Of a stretch of 64,000 nt of DNA, positions 26,527 to 35,296 are shown piece by piece. The notes under the pieces are model-generated. The model had not been told where the DNA came from. It worked only from the letters and a program-made list of their open reading frames with translations, and did not search any database. Origin of the DNA: an uncultured Candidatus Saccharibacteria bacterium (GTDB lineage Bacteria; Patescibacteriota; Minisyncoccia; Phycocordibacterales; UBA2100); the NCBI GenBank assembly GCA_964623775.1, contig CAZUVH010000001.1:40790-104789 (forward strand), read 5' to 3'. Position numbers and translations under genes: made by a program. The stretch's first letter is position 1. The number at the start of each line of letters is the position of its first letter.

Positions 26527-27324
26527 TCATAGGCTGATCTCGAGCAGAATGGGGCAGTGGTCTGACCCACAGAGATCGGCGTGGATCTCAGATTTTTTGA
26601 CCTTCTTCTTCAATGACTCGCTCACAAACCAGTAGTCTATTCTCCAGCCAATATTACGAGCCCTCGCATTACCAAAGTTGCTCCACCAACTATAGTGACC
26701 GTTTCCTTTGTGGAACATGCGGAAGGTGTCTATAAAACCAGCATCTATGACTTTCTGGAGACCCTCCCGCTCTTCCTTCGTGAAACCATGCTCTCCCTCG
26801 TTGGCCTCTGGCCTCGCGAGGTCTTCGGCGGTATGGGCGACATTGAGATCTCCGCAAAAAATGACCGGCTTCTTCTTTTCGAGCTGTTTCACGAATACCA
26901 AAAAGGCAGGGTCCCAATGCTTGTGCCGCAGGGGAAGGCGGCTCAGGTCGGGCTTTGAGTTCGGTGTGTACACGTTTACCACATAAAAGTCCTCGTATTC
27001 GGCGGCAATGACACGCCCCTCCTTGTTGGGATCGCCATATCCATCTACGAGGTGGAATTTTTTGATGATCTCCTCAGGGAAGCCGAGAATAACGCTTAAA
27101 GGCTTCGTTTTCGTAAAAATTGCCGTCCCTGCATAGCCCTTTTTACCTGCGGATGAGTGCCAATACTCTTCATATTGAGGGAGGTCTACTTCAGACTGGT
27201 GCTGCTCTGCCTTGGTCTCCTGGAGGCACAAAATATCGGGTTTCAGGGTTTCGATGACCGGCAGAAGCAAATTCTTCTTGTGTACTGCCCGTATGCCATT
27301 TACGTTCCATGAAACGAGTTTCAT
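26527..27324 (-). CDS. xth: exodeoxyribonuclease III (Xth/APE family)
   Basis: MKLVSWNVNGIRA start and conserved ETK..., ..GD.N and D...SDH blocks. The track ORF carries an implausible 47-aa N-extension back to 27465. Confidence 0.85.
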   Translation of the reverse strand: MKLVSWNVNGIRAVHKKNLLLPVIETLKPDILCLQETKAEQHQSEVDLPQYEEYWHSSAGKKGYAGTAIFTKTKPLSVILGFPEEIIKKFHLVDGYGDPNKEGRVIAAEYEDFYVVNVYTPNSKPDLSRLPLRHKHWDPAFLVFVKQLEKKKPVIFCGDLNVAHTAEDLARPEANEGEHGFTKEEREGLQKVIDAGFIDTFRMFHKGNGHYSWWSNFGNARARNIGWRIDYWFVSESLKKKVKKSEIHADLCGSDHCPILLEISL

Positions 27325-27661
27325 GTGACAAACCATACCATATTTGATCGGTTCATCCCGCCCTTTCCAGAGAGGGGGCGGATTCACCTGAAAGTCATCG
27401 CGGATAGGGTACAAGTGAAAGCCCGACCCGATAGCAACTAGCAACCATCGCCATGAAAAATTCAAATAATAGCCGCAAAATAAGCATTTTTGAGCCGGTT
27501 CATGAGAAAGGTAGCCGCGAATGGCGGACCTTTGAGGCTATTCGAGACGAACTCGCTAAAAAACCGCAGGAAGCCCCTCGAAGGAGGCCGCAGCCCGGGT
27601 ACATTGAGCCGCTCCCCCAAGCTCCACGACCCGTGCGACCATCGCCCGAATTTGGTCGGGG

Positions 27662-28573
27662 TTAACTCTTGCGTCTTTTGCCGTGAAAGGCTCTGTGGAC
27701 CTCTCTGAGATGTTTGTCGGTGACATGTGTATAGACTTGGGTCGTCGCGATATTGGCATGACCAAGGAGCGCTTGCACTGAGCGGAGGTCTGCACCATTT
27801 TCGAGAAGGTCGGTCGCAAATGAGTGCCGAATCACGTGCGGCGTCACTTTGCGCGTGATACCTGCCTTGATGGCGTATTGTTTCACGAGGCGCTCGACGG
27901 AGCGCGGTGTGATCGCCGCAAGATCTTTACCCTTTTTTGCCTTGCCGTATCCCACGAAAAGCGCGTCACTCATGTCGCCGCGTTTTTTGAGATATGCAGC
28001 GACGGCCTCCTTTGCCGAAGGGGAGAGGAACACGACCCGCACTTTGTCGCCCTTACCGCGCACTGAAAATTCATCACGGGTGAGATCAATATCGCTCTTG
28101 AGGGAGCAGAGTTCGGATACGCGAAGTCCTGTCGAAAAGAGGAGCTCAAGTATGGCTCGATCCCTGAGGGAGGCGAGATCATCGCCCGAGGGCGCTTTCA
28201 TGATGCGGTTGAGTTCATCGGCGGTAATGAGGTCGAGATCTCTGCCACCCGTCTTTGCGAGCTCGATGCGTTCGGGGTTGAGCGATTCCACATCGCGTTT
28301 ACGGAGAAATTTGAGGAACGCGCGCAGCGCTATCAGGTGATAATTCTGCGTATTTTTCTTCATGGTCCCCGATGTGCCGCTCGAGCGATTGAGATTGATG
28401 CGAAACTCACGCACCATTTGCTCGGTGACCTGCGAAGGGGATTTTACTTTTGCGAATTCGAGGAAGCGATTGAGGTAGCGATCGTAATTTTCGACTGTCT
28501 TTACACCACGCCCCTTCTCGATCTCAAGGTACTCAAGAAATTGTATTTTCAGGGTCTTAAGATCAACTGCCAT
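27662..28573 (-). CDS. tyrosine site-specific recombinase XerC/XerD family
   Basis: N-terminal SAM-like domain. Catalytic R...H..R.....Y signature (ARDRAILELL, HVIRHSFAT, LGHANIATTQVYTHV). Start taken at the internal Met MAVDLKTL. Confidence 0.85.
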   Translation of the reverse strand: MAVDLKTLKIQFLEYLEIEKGRGVKTVENYDRYLNRFLEFAKVKSPSQVTEQMVREFRINLNRSSGTSGTMKKNTQNYHLIALRAFLKFLRKRDVESLNPERIELAKTGGRDLDLITADELNRIMKAPSGDDLASLRDRAILELLFSTGLRVSELCSLKSDIDLTRDEFSVRGKGDKVRVVFLSPSAKEAVAAYLKKRGDMSDALFVGYGKAKKGKDLAAITPRSVERLVKQYAIKAGITRKVTPHVIRHSFATDLLENGADLRSVQALLGHANIATTQVYTHVTDKHLREVHRAFHGKRRKS

Positions 28574-28718
28574 ATCTTCATAATAGCAGTAAATATTGTG
28601 CGACCTATTTTTCTTGCCCGTACTTGGGTCTGGAAACAACGGAAGTGCCCTTGTGGCGCGACATTGAATTCATACACATGTCGCGCGTGCTAGATTTGAA
28701 ACGGGAAGGAGACTGGCT

Positions 28719-29009
28719 ATGGCGCTCTGGCACGACGTCTATATAGATAGAATGTTTCGTGCTGCGGCACGATACCGCCTCGCAATGGGAGGGGAGATCA
28801 AGGTACACGATGGGATACGTGCTCATGCATGGGAGATTGCACGAGACGCAATTCGCCTTGAGGAGATCAACTGCCTCAACATGGACGGGCTTACCCATGC
28901 GGTCATGAAGCTCGGCGAATACCGGCACCGCTACGATAGGCAGGGGGAGCAGCTTAAAATCATCGCGAATTTTTACGATCTCGTGTGGTTTTCGCGGATT
29001 CTCGTATAA
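28719..29009 (+). CDS. hypothetical protein (96 aa)
   Basis: GGAAGGAG ribosome-binding site. Followed by the terminator ggcgcgcgac-acac-tgtcgcgcgcc + TTTT at ~29012-29045. Confidence 0.45.
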   Translation: MALWHDVYIDRMFRAAARYRLAMGGEIKVHDGIRAHAWEIARDAIRLEEINCLNMDGLTHAVMKLGEYRHRYDRQGEQLKIIANFYDLVWFSRILV

Positions 29010-29141
29010 CGGCGCGCGACACACTGTCGCGCGCCTTTTCAATTTTCGAAATTTTTATATCTATTTGGAGTGCCGGAGCGGAAGTGCTAAAGTGCCGGCA
29101 GTGTTCATTGACAGAACACGTCAACTCCAGAGGAAGCCGCA

Positions 29142-30605
29142 GTGGCCAACGGAATTAAAACCGCAGTGAAACCAGTCGTGAAGCTCCAAAAGCAGGGAGT
29201 TTCGAGCAAAAAGCTCATCATCCTCGATACGAGCGTTCTCCTGCACGATCCCGAATCGCTTTTTCGTTTCCAAGAGCATGACATCTTTATGCCCCGAGAA
29301 GTGCTCGCACAGATCGACCACCATAAAAAGGGGCAGACCGACGTCGCTCGTAACGCTCGCCAGGTCACGCGAACCATGGATCATCTCTTTAGGGGTGACA
29401 GAAATCTGATGAGCAAAGGTGCCTCTCTTGCAGAGGCTTCCAATGGCTCGGCAACAGGAAAATTCTTTTTCCAAACCGACGAGCTCACGGCGAAGTTGCC
29501 ACAAGACCTCCTTCGCGATGAGGGGGACCGTCGGATTATTGCCGCCGCCGTCGCTCTTCGAGATAAAAAAAGTCGATCTGAGTACAGTGAAGTCGTTCTC
29601 GTGACGAAGGATGCGAACATGCGATATGCCGCCCTCTGTTTCGAAAACGGCGACATCGAGGCTCAGGATTACCTCAGTGATCGCGTCCTCCTCAAGGATT
29701 CAGATGTCTTACCGACCGGCTATGTAGAACTCCCGGCAAACTTCTGGGAGACACATGACGTCGTTTGGGTAAAGAAAGATGGTCCACATAATTTTTGGCA
29801 CGCTCAGGGTCCGATTTGCACCCAACTTGCGTTCAATGATTGTGTCTACGGCAAATCAAAAGACGGCAGTGATTTTTTCGCCAAGGTTTCTCAAATGAAT
29901 GATGGCGGCGTGACCTTAAAAAGTCTCACTCGCTATGATCATAACAAGAATGCCGTGTCCGGTATTGTGGCAAGAAATCGAGAGCAGATCATCGCGCTCG
30001 ACCATCTTATGGATCCAGAGATAGATCTCGTCTGTCTGCTCGGCGAAGCAGGTACTGGCAAATCACTGTGTGCAATCGCGGCTGGCTACGAACACATTAA
30101 ACAGGGGAAAATTACCAGCATCCTCGCGACCCGTGCAATGGTAAAGGTCGAGGGCGAAGATGCGGGGTTTCTCCCGGGCGACATGAATGATAAGTTCGGG
30201 CCCTGGATGGAAGCACTCGAAGATAGTAAGGCGGTACTGCTCAGGAATGCGGGTAAGACAAAAGACAATAAGATTGAACAAAATGTTCAGGATAAGGACT
30301 TGTTCGAGATTAAGCCTATCGGCTTTCTACGAGGTCGCACCTTTGAAGACCGTTTCGTCATCATTGATGAGGCACAGAATCTGACATTGCGCCAAGTGAA
30401 ATTGCTCGCCACGCGACCAGGCAATGGTGCAAAGCTCGTCTTTTGCGGTAATCTGGGCCAGATTGATACGCCGTTCCTCGACGAAATGAGCTCCGGCCTG
30501 ACCAATCTCATCATGAAAATGCGAGGTAGCCGACATGTGGCCCACGTGATCCTTCAAGAATGCGTGCGGTCGCGACTTGCAGAACTCGCAGTCGAGCGAC
30601 TCTGA
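29142..30605 (+). CDS. PhoH2: N-terminal PIN-domain nuclease fused to PhoH-like ATPase
   Basis: GTG start with GAGGAAG ribosome-binding site. PIN acidic residues at the N-terminus (ILDTSVLL). Walker A GEAGTGKS and PhoH signature blocks (IIDEAQNLT, GQIDTPFL). Confidence 0.85.
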   Translation: MANGIKTAVKPVVKLQKQGVSSKKLIILDTSVLLHDPESLFRFQEHDIFMPREVLAQIDHHKKGQTDVARNARQVTRTMDHLFRGDRNLMSKGASLAEASNGSATGKFFFQTDELTAKLPQDLLRDEGDRRIIAAAVALRDKKSRSEYSEVVLVTKDANMRYAALCFENGDIEAQDYLSDRVLLKDSDVLPTGYVELPANFWETHDVVWVKKDGPHNFWHAQGPICTQLAFNDCVYGKSKDGSDFFAKVSQMNDGGVTLKSLTRYDHNKNAVSGIVARNREQIIALDHLMDPEIDLVCLLGEAGTGKSLCAIAAGYEHIKQGKITSILATRAMVKVEGEDAGFLPGDMNDKFGPWMEALEDSKAVLLRNAGKTKDNKIEQNVQDKDLFEIKPIGFLRGRTFEDRFVIIDEAQNLTLRQVKLLATRPGNGAKLVFCGNLGQIDTPFLDEMSSGLTNLIMKMRGSRHVAHVILQECVRSRLAELAVERL

Positions 30606-30647
30606 CAGCCAGCAACGTGGGGAGAGGCATGCGCCTCTCCCCATTTT

Positions 30648-31835
30648 TTATTCATCTCTCAGATACTTTTTCTTGTTGATTTTCTCAGGTAGATACGACT
30701 CCTTGTCGTACATTTCATACCCTTTTCCGTACTTCAAATTTTTCATGAGCTTGGTCGGCGCGTTGCGCACCTTGAGTGGAATGGGGAGATTGCCGAATTT
30801 TTTCACATCGTCGAGCGCCTCGAAGACCGCGTCATAGGCGCGGCGATCTTTCTTACATTGTGCGAGGTAGGCGACACCGTGAGCCAGGTTGATCGTGGCC
30901 TCCGGATAGCCGATCTTGTTGACCGCCTCGAATACCGCGTTGGCGACGACGAGTGCTGTCGGCTGTGCGAGTCCGATGTCTTCGCTCGCAAAGATCACCA
31001 TGCGCCGCGCGATGAATTTCGGATCTTCTCCCGCATCTACCATACGCGCCAGATAGTAGAGCGCCGCGTCCGGCTGAGACGCACGCATGGATTTTATAAA
31101 CGCGGAGATAGTGTTGTAGTGCTCTTCGCCCTTCTTGTCATAGCGCAGATGTTTGGACTGTACAGCCTCTTTCAGTGTATCGAGCGTGATTTTTCCGTAC
31201 AATTTTTGCGCAGTTTCCAAGACCGTTATGACTTGTCGCGCATCACCCTGCACCATTTGTATGAGCCAATCACGTGCAGCTTTCGGCACTTTTCCGCCCG
31301 AGGCGGATCCGCCTTGGGCGGATATTTTCTTTACAGCATTCGAGATTATTATCTCCATATCATCATTAGAGTGTTCGTTGAGTACAAAAACGCGGCAACG
31401 CGAAAGGAGTGGGGAGATCACCTCAAAGCTCGGATTTTCCGTCGTCGCACCGACGAGTGTGATGTCGCCACGCTCCACGAAGGGGAGGAGAAAGTCCTGC
31501 TGCGCCTTATTGAAGCGGTGGATTTCGTCGACAAACAATACTTTCGGTTTTTGGGTGAGGAGTGATCTGCCGCCACCAATGACTTTCCGTATATCTTCCT
31601 TGCCCGCGTCGACTGCGGAGAGTTCAAAAAAGTCTGCGCCGAGTGCGTTGGCGTAGATGCGCGCGAGTGTCGTCTTGCCGCACCCAGGCGGGCCCCACAA
31701 AATGAACGAGAAGAGCTCTTTCTTCTCGATAGCGACGCGCAGCGGCTTACCTGGACCGGTCAGATGCTTTTGTCCCACGAATTCACTCAAATTTTTTGGC
31801 CGAATTTTCGATGCGAGCGGTTCCATACAGGTCAC
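30648..31835 (-). CDS. rarA: replication-associated recombination protein A (AAA+ ATPase, MgsA/WRNIP1 family)
   Basis: Walker A GPPGCGKTT, Walker B VLFVDEIHR, sensor motifs and the MgsA C-terminal domain. 395 aa. Confidence 0.9.
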   Translation of the reverse strand: MTCMEPLASKIRPKNLSEFVGQKHLTGPGKPLRVAIEKKELFSFILWGPPGCGKTTLARIYANALGADFFELSAVDAGKEDIRKVIGGGRSLLTQKPKVLFVDEIHRFNKAQQDFLLPFVERGDITLVGATTENPSFEVISPLLSRCRVFVLNEHSNDDMEIIISNAVKKISAQGGSASGGKVPKAARDWLIQMVQGDARQVITVLETAQKLYGKITLDTLKEAVQSKHLRYDKKGEEHYNTISAFIKSMRASQPDAALYYLARMVDAGEDPKFIARRMVIFASEDIGLAQPTALVVANAVFEAVNKIGYPEATINLAHGVAYLAQCKKDRRAYDAVFEALDDVKKFGNLPIPLKVRNAPTKLMKNLKYGKGYEMYDKESYLPEKINKKKYLRDE

Positions 31836-31891
31836 TCTACTCCTCGAAATACGTAAACGAAAGCGGAGTCGTGAGTGCTATTATTGCGACC

Positions 31892-32824
31892 ATGGAGTCG
31901 ATCGATAAAAAGCGGCGCCCGACGATAGAGGGGACCCTTATCGCAAGGAAGGTTGAACGAGGTATCGAGCAAACAAGGTGGCGACTCGATGCGGGTGACT
32001 ATGTTGCTGATATAGGATTTCGCCAGTTCGGCAAATTCGAATCAGACTGGTTTTCCGGCGCGAACAACAGTGAAGAAATGCGGCAGCGTCCACTGGTCTT
32101 GGACCATCAAAACCAGGATGTGCAGCGTTTTGCAGAAAAACTACTCAGTGGAGATGTATATCCTGATTCACACGATTTTATTCACCATATCGACGAGCGT
32201 CTCTCGCGCCTCCTGCCTTCCGCGGATCTTTCTGAATACGAACACTACGAGAGACTGAGTGACATTGTGAACGCCGGGCGAGCAATGTGTGACGCAAAAT
32301 GCACGGTGCTCGGTACCCTGCTCGTGCACGAAATTCCTTCGCTTAAGGCGCAAATGATCTACGGACAGATCGCACCAATCCGCGAGCGTGCTTCGTATCC
32401 ATTTGGTCATGCGTGGCTCCGAGTCGAATCGAATTCCTACGTGTCTCTGTACGATGCAATGTATTCGAGGACGACTGTGTTTGAAAAAAGTGGACGAGAT
32501 TTTACGTCTTTAGACGACGGATACATGACGTTTCAGAAATACGGTGCTCAATTCGGCCAATTCGGTAAACTCATGAGCGAACTGGGCATTTCCGCTTGGA
32601 CGGGAAACATAACTTTTGTCGAAGACTACGAAAACGATCGGAGCGTGACTCCATACGTTGCCCAGGAAGAATCGCTCGATGCACAGGTCGCAGGATCAGT
32701 TAGTTTCGGCTTTAGAATCGACGAGCCGGCTGAACTTGAGCTTTTCAACGATCACCTTCGGGCTACGAAGAGAGCAGGTGCAGCACTGTACTACCCAGTA
32801 CAAAGAATCAAAAGGAATTTTTAG
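31892..32824 (+). CDS. transglutaminase-like superfamily protein (putative Cys protease fold)
   Basis: Cys-His-Asp core in transglutaminase-like spacing: GRAMCDAKCTVLGTLL ... GHAWLRVESNSYVSLYD. The track ORF start at 31796 overlaps rarA; an internal Met is used instead. Confidence 0.5.
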   Translation: MESIDKKRRPTIEGTLIARKVERGIEQTRWRLDAGDYVADIGFRQFGKFESDWFSGANNSEEMRQRPLVLDHQNQDVQRFAEKLLSGDVYPDSHDFIHHIDERLSRLLPSADLSEYEHYERLSDIVNAGRAMCDAKCTVLGTLLVHEIPSLKAQMIYGQIAPIRERASYPFGHAWLRVESNSYVSLYDAMYSRTTVFEKSGRDFTSLDDGYMTFQKYGAQFGQFGKLMSELGISAWTGNITFVEDYENDRSVTPYVAQEESLDAQVAGSVSFGFRIDEPAELELFNDHLRATKRAGAALYYPVQRIKRNF

Positions 32825-32899
32825 ATATTTCATACGCTCCACAATTTTTTCCCCACGTATGCAAGTTGCACATTATTTCTCGCGCGCTATTCTGCTCTG

Positions 32900-33412
32900 A
32901 TGAGTTCAAAATCTATAATTATTTGGGTTGTCGTTATTATTATCGTAGCAGCAGGTGCATATTTTATTGTTAAACGCTCATCAACAGCTCCTGCAACTAC
33001 AGATACCCCCGCTGCGGCTAACACCAACGCAACCACGACCGATCAGGTCCAGGGTCAGGATGTCACTGTCGGCACCGGAGCCGAGGCGCAGCCGGGTACT
33101 GTCGTCTCTGTCTTGTACGTCGGCAAGTTGCAAGACGGAACCGTCTTCGACAGTTCGGCCGCACATGACAATCAGCCGCTTATGTTTACGCTTGGTCAGC
33201 AAGGCCTCATCGCAGGATTCCAGATCGGCATCAACGGCATGAAAGAGGGGGGTGAACGCCTCCTCGCGATCCCGCCGTCACTCGGTTATGGAGACCAGGA
33301 TGTCAAAGATGCCAATGGCAAGGTCATAATCCCGGCCAATTCCACCCTCCTTTTTGACGTCAAACTCGTCAAAGTAGCCCCCGCGACCACCGAAACCCCC
33401 GCCAAGAAATAG
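32900..33412 (+). CDS. FKBP-type peptidyl-prolyl cis-trans isomerase, membrane-anchored
   Basis: N-terminal TM, then an FKBP domain (VSVLYVGKLQDGTVFDSS...GLIAGFQIGINGMKEGGERLLAIPPSLGYG...LLFDVKLVKV). Confidence 0.85.
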   Translation: MSSKSIIIWVVVIIIVAAGAYFIVKRSSTAPATTDTPAAANTNATTTDQVQGQDVTVGTGAEAQPGTVVSVLYVGKLQDGTVFDSSAAHDNQPLMFTLGQQGLIAGFQIGINGMKEGGERLLAIPPSLGYGDQDVKDANGKVIIPANSTLLFDVKLVKVAPATTETPAKK

Positions 33413-33446
33413 GCTTACCGAGGGCTTTGCCGAGACTTGCAACCAT

Positions 33447-33472
33447 GGTCGGAATGTGATATCATTCCGACC
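33447..33472 (+). promoter_or_regulatory. hairpin GGTCGGAATG-tgatatc-CATTCCGACC abutting the rpsO start codon
   Basis: 10-bp perfect stem ending at the ATG. Candidate S15 autoregulatory leader structure. Confidence 0.35.
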
Positions 33473-33739
33473 ATGCTCACGAAGCGCAAGAAACAGAACG
33501 AGATCGCGAAAACGCGACGCCATGACACCGACACCGGTTCTCCGGAGGTGCAGGTCGCCGTTTTGACCCGCCGAATCGCAGAACTTTCGGCCCACCTTGA
33601 TAAAAATCGCAAAGATAAGCACTCGCGCCGCGGCCTCCTCGGCCTCGTAGCGGACCGCCGCAAGCACTTGAAGTATCTCGAAGAGACCAACAAGCGCGCA
33701 TACGGCGTTTTGGTGAAGAAGCTCGGTTTGAAGAAGTAA
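33473..33739 (+). CDS. rpsO: 30S ribosomal protein S15
   Basis: 88 aa. Conserved S15 blocks TGSPEVQVAVLTRRI..L..HL..N.KD.HSRRGLL..V..RRK.L.YL. Confidence 0.9.
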   Translation: MLTKRKKQNEIAKTRRHDTDTGSPEVQVAVLTRRIAELSAHLDKNRKDKHSRRGLLGLVADRRKHLKYLEETNKRAYGVLVKKLGLKK

Positions 33740-33849
33740 TCTCTCCTTCGTTTCGTACGCTATACTCTATCTAGAGGGTATTTTTAATAAATGTATGCAC
33801 TAGTGACTAGATCCTGGTGCACAAAAACAGTTAATTTTAATTATTTTAT

Positions 33850-34497
33850 ATGGCAATCATTAAACATCCAGAGCAGCGCGTCGGTGTATTCATCGATACG
33901 CAAAATCTCTATCACAGCGCCAAGAACATCTATCACGCGCGTGTCAATTTCGGCAACGTCCTCAAAGATGCTGTCGCGGGTCGTCGCCTCATCCGCGCAC
34001 GTGCCTACTCGGTCACGACGGAAAGCGGCGAAGAAAAGGGCTTCTTTGAAGCACTTGCAAAAGTCGGCATCGAGATGCGCACAAAAGACCTTCAGGTCTT
34101 CTTCGGTGGCGCCAAGAAGGCCGACTGGGACGTCGGACTGGCAGTCGACGCGATCACCGCAGCGCCCAAGCTCGACACGGTGGTCTTGGTGACCGGCGAT
34201 GGCGACTTCATCCCGCTCGTCGAATACCTTCGCACCCATTCAGGCTGCCAGGTAGAAGTCGTCTCATTCGGCCGCTCCACGTCAGGCAAGCTCAAAGAAG
34301 CGACCGACCACTTCCTCGATCTCGATGAAGATCCCCGCCGCTATCTCATTAATTATCGTGGAGGGAGCGCGGGCGGTGCGCGTCGCTCGACAAGCTCACG
34401 TGCCGGAAGGGATATTTCGGTCTCTGCTCCTGACGATTCAATCGCGGAAAACGAGGAAATACCTGCCGAAGAGAGCGGCGAAAATAGTAATCAGTAG
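33850..34497 (+). CDS. NYN-domain (LabA-like) protein
   Basis: GVFIDTQNL, ...DVGLAVDA... and LVTGDGDF blocks of the NYN/LabA nuclease fold. Acidic C-tail. Confidence 0.7.
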   Translation: MAIIKHPEQRVGVFIDTQNLYHSAKNIYHARVNFGNVLKDAVAGRRLIRARAYSVTTESGEEKGFFEALAKVGIEMRTKDLQVFFGGAKKADWDVGLAVDAITAAPKLDTVVLVTGDGDFIPLVEYLRTHSGCQVEVVSFGRSTSGKLKEATDHFLDLDEDPRRYLINYRGGSAGGARRSTSSRAGRDISVSAPDDSIAENEEIPAEESGENSNQ

Positions 34498-34498
34498 A

Positions 34499-34531
34499 AA
34501 AACGCCCCGACGAGTCGGGGCGTTTTTTTGA
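34499..34531 (+). terminator. intrinsic terminator aaaaacgccccgac-gagt-cggggcgttttttt
   Basis: Perfect stem with a T-run. Confidence 0.6.
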
Positions 34532-34535
34532 TAAT

Positions 34536-34760
34536 TTAACGTGAGCGGACGGCGTACAGGAGCCCGAGAAGCAGGGTAGTACCACTCACGGTGAGCGCCG
34601 CCAATTCGCCGCCGCCAAGGAACGTGAAGTCTTTGTTGATCGTCCAGCGCACATATATTTCAAATCCACTGACGACGAGCGCGAGCGCGAGCATGACGAT
34701 CGCCGATACAAGAGAGATCAAAAAAACAGTGCTCTGATATTTTTCCATTTGGGTGTTCAT
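34536..34760 (-). CDS. small two-TM membrane protein
   Basis: Start placed downstream of the upstream gene's terminator hairpin (ccgtcgc-aaa-gcgacgg, 34781-34797). Hydrophobic helices. Confidence 0.35.
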   Translation of the reverse strand: MNTQMEKYQSTVFLISLVSAIVMLALALVVSGFEIYVRWTINKDFTFLGGGELAALTVSGTTLLLGLLYAVRSR

Positions 34761-34816
34761 GCGGCCATCGTAGCACGCCATATGAAAAGACCGTCGCAAA
34801 GCGACGGCCTTTAAGT

Positions 34817-35131
34817 TTAGAGCTCGAAGTTACATTCGATCGCCAAACGACCTTCCTCAAGATGAGGCCGGACCGGTATACCATCGGCCCGTAGCAGTGA
34901 AAGGATCATGTTGTCTAGATAGAGCTCCGGCCAACGACCGAGATGCGGTTTTAACGCCGCCTGTCCTTCTAGAATCTTTTTCTCCGCCCCGGTAAAAACG
35001 AGATGGAGTTTCCGTTTTTCATTCTCCATATACTGCCGAAGAAATGTATGGAGACCATCCTCGGTGGTGTATACGTGCGGCTCCTGGAGAGCGACCAAGA
35101 TCTCTGCACCGTCCCGATACCATATCTGCAT
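34817..35131 (-). CDS. hypothetical protein (104 aa)
   Basis: Track ORF. No family recognised. Confidence 0.4.
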   Translation of the reverse strand: MQIWYRDGAEILVALQEPHVYTTEDGLHTFLRQYMENEKRKLHLVFTGAEKKILEGQAALKPHLGRWPELYLDNMILSLLRADGIPVRPHLEEGRLAIECNFEL

Positions 35132-35296
35132 GACGCAATTCCTTTCTTTTTTCCGCGCAAACTATAGTTGCGATGCGATTCATTGTCAAAACAGATCTCG
35201 CGAGTATACTGGCTCTATTAGTCACTAGTTGTGGCGTACGGATAGGCAGGACTGGCTTCTAGCCAGCGCTGAAATCCGGACGTCACCAAAAAGAAA

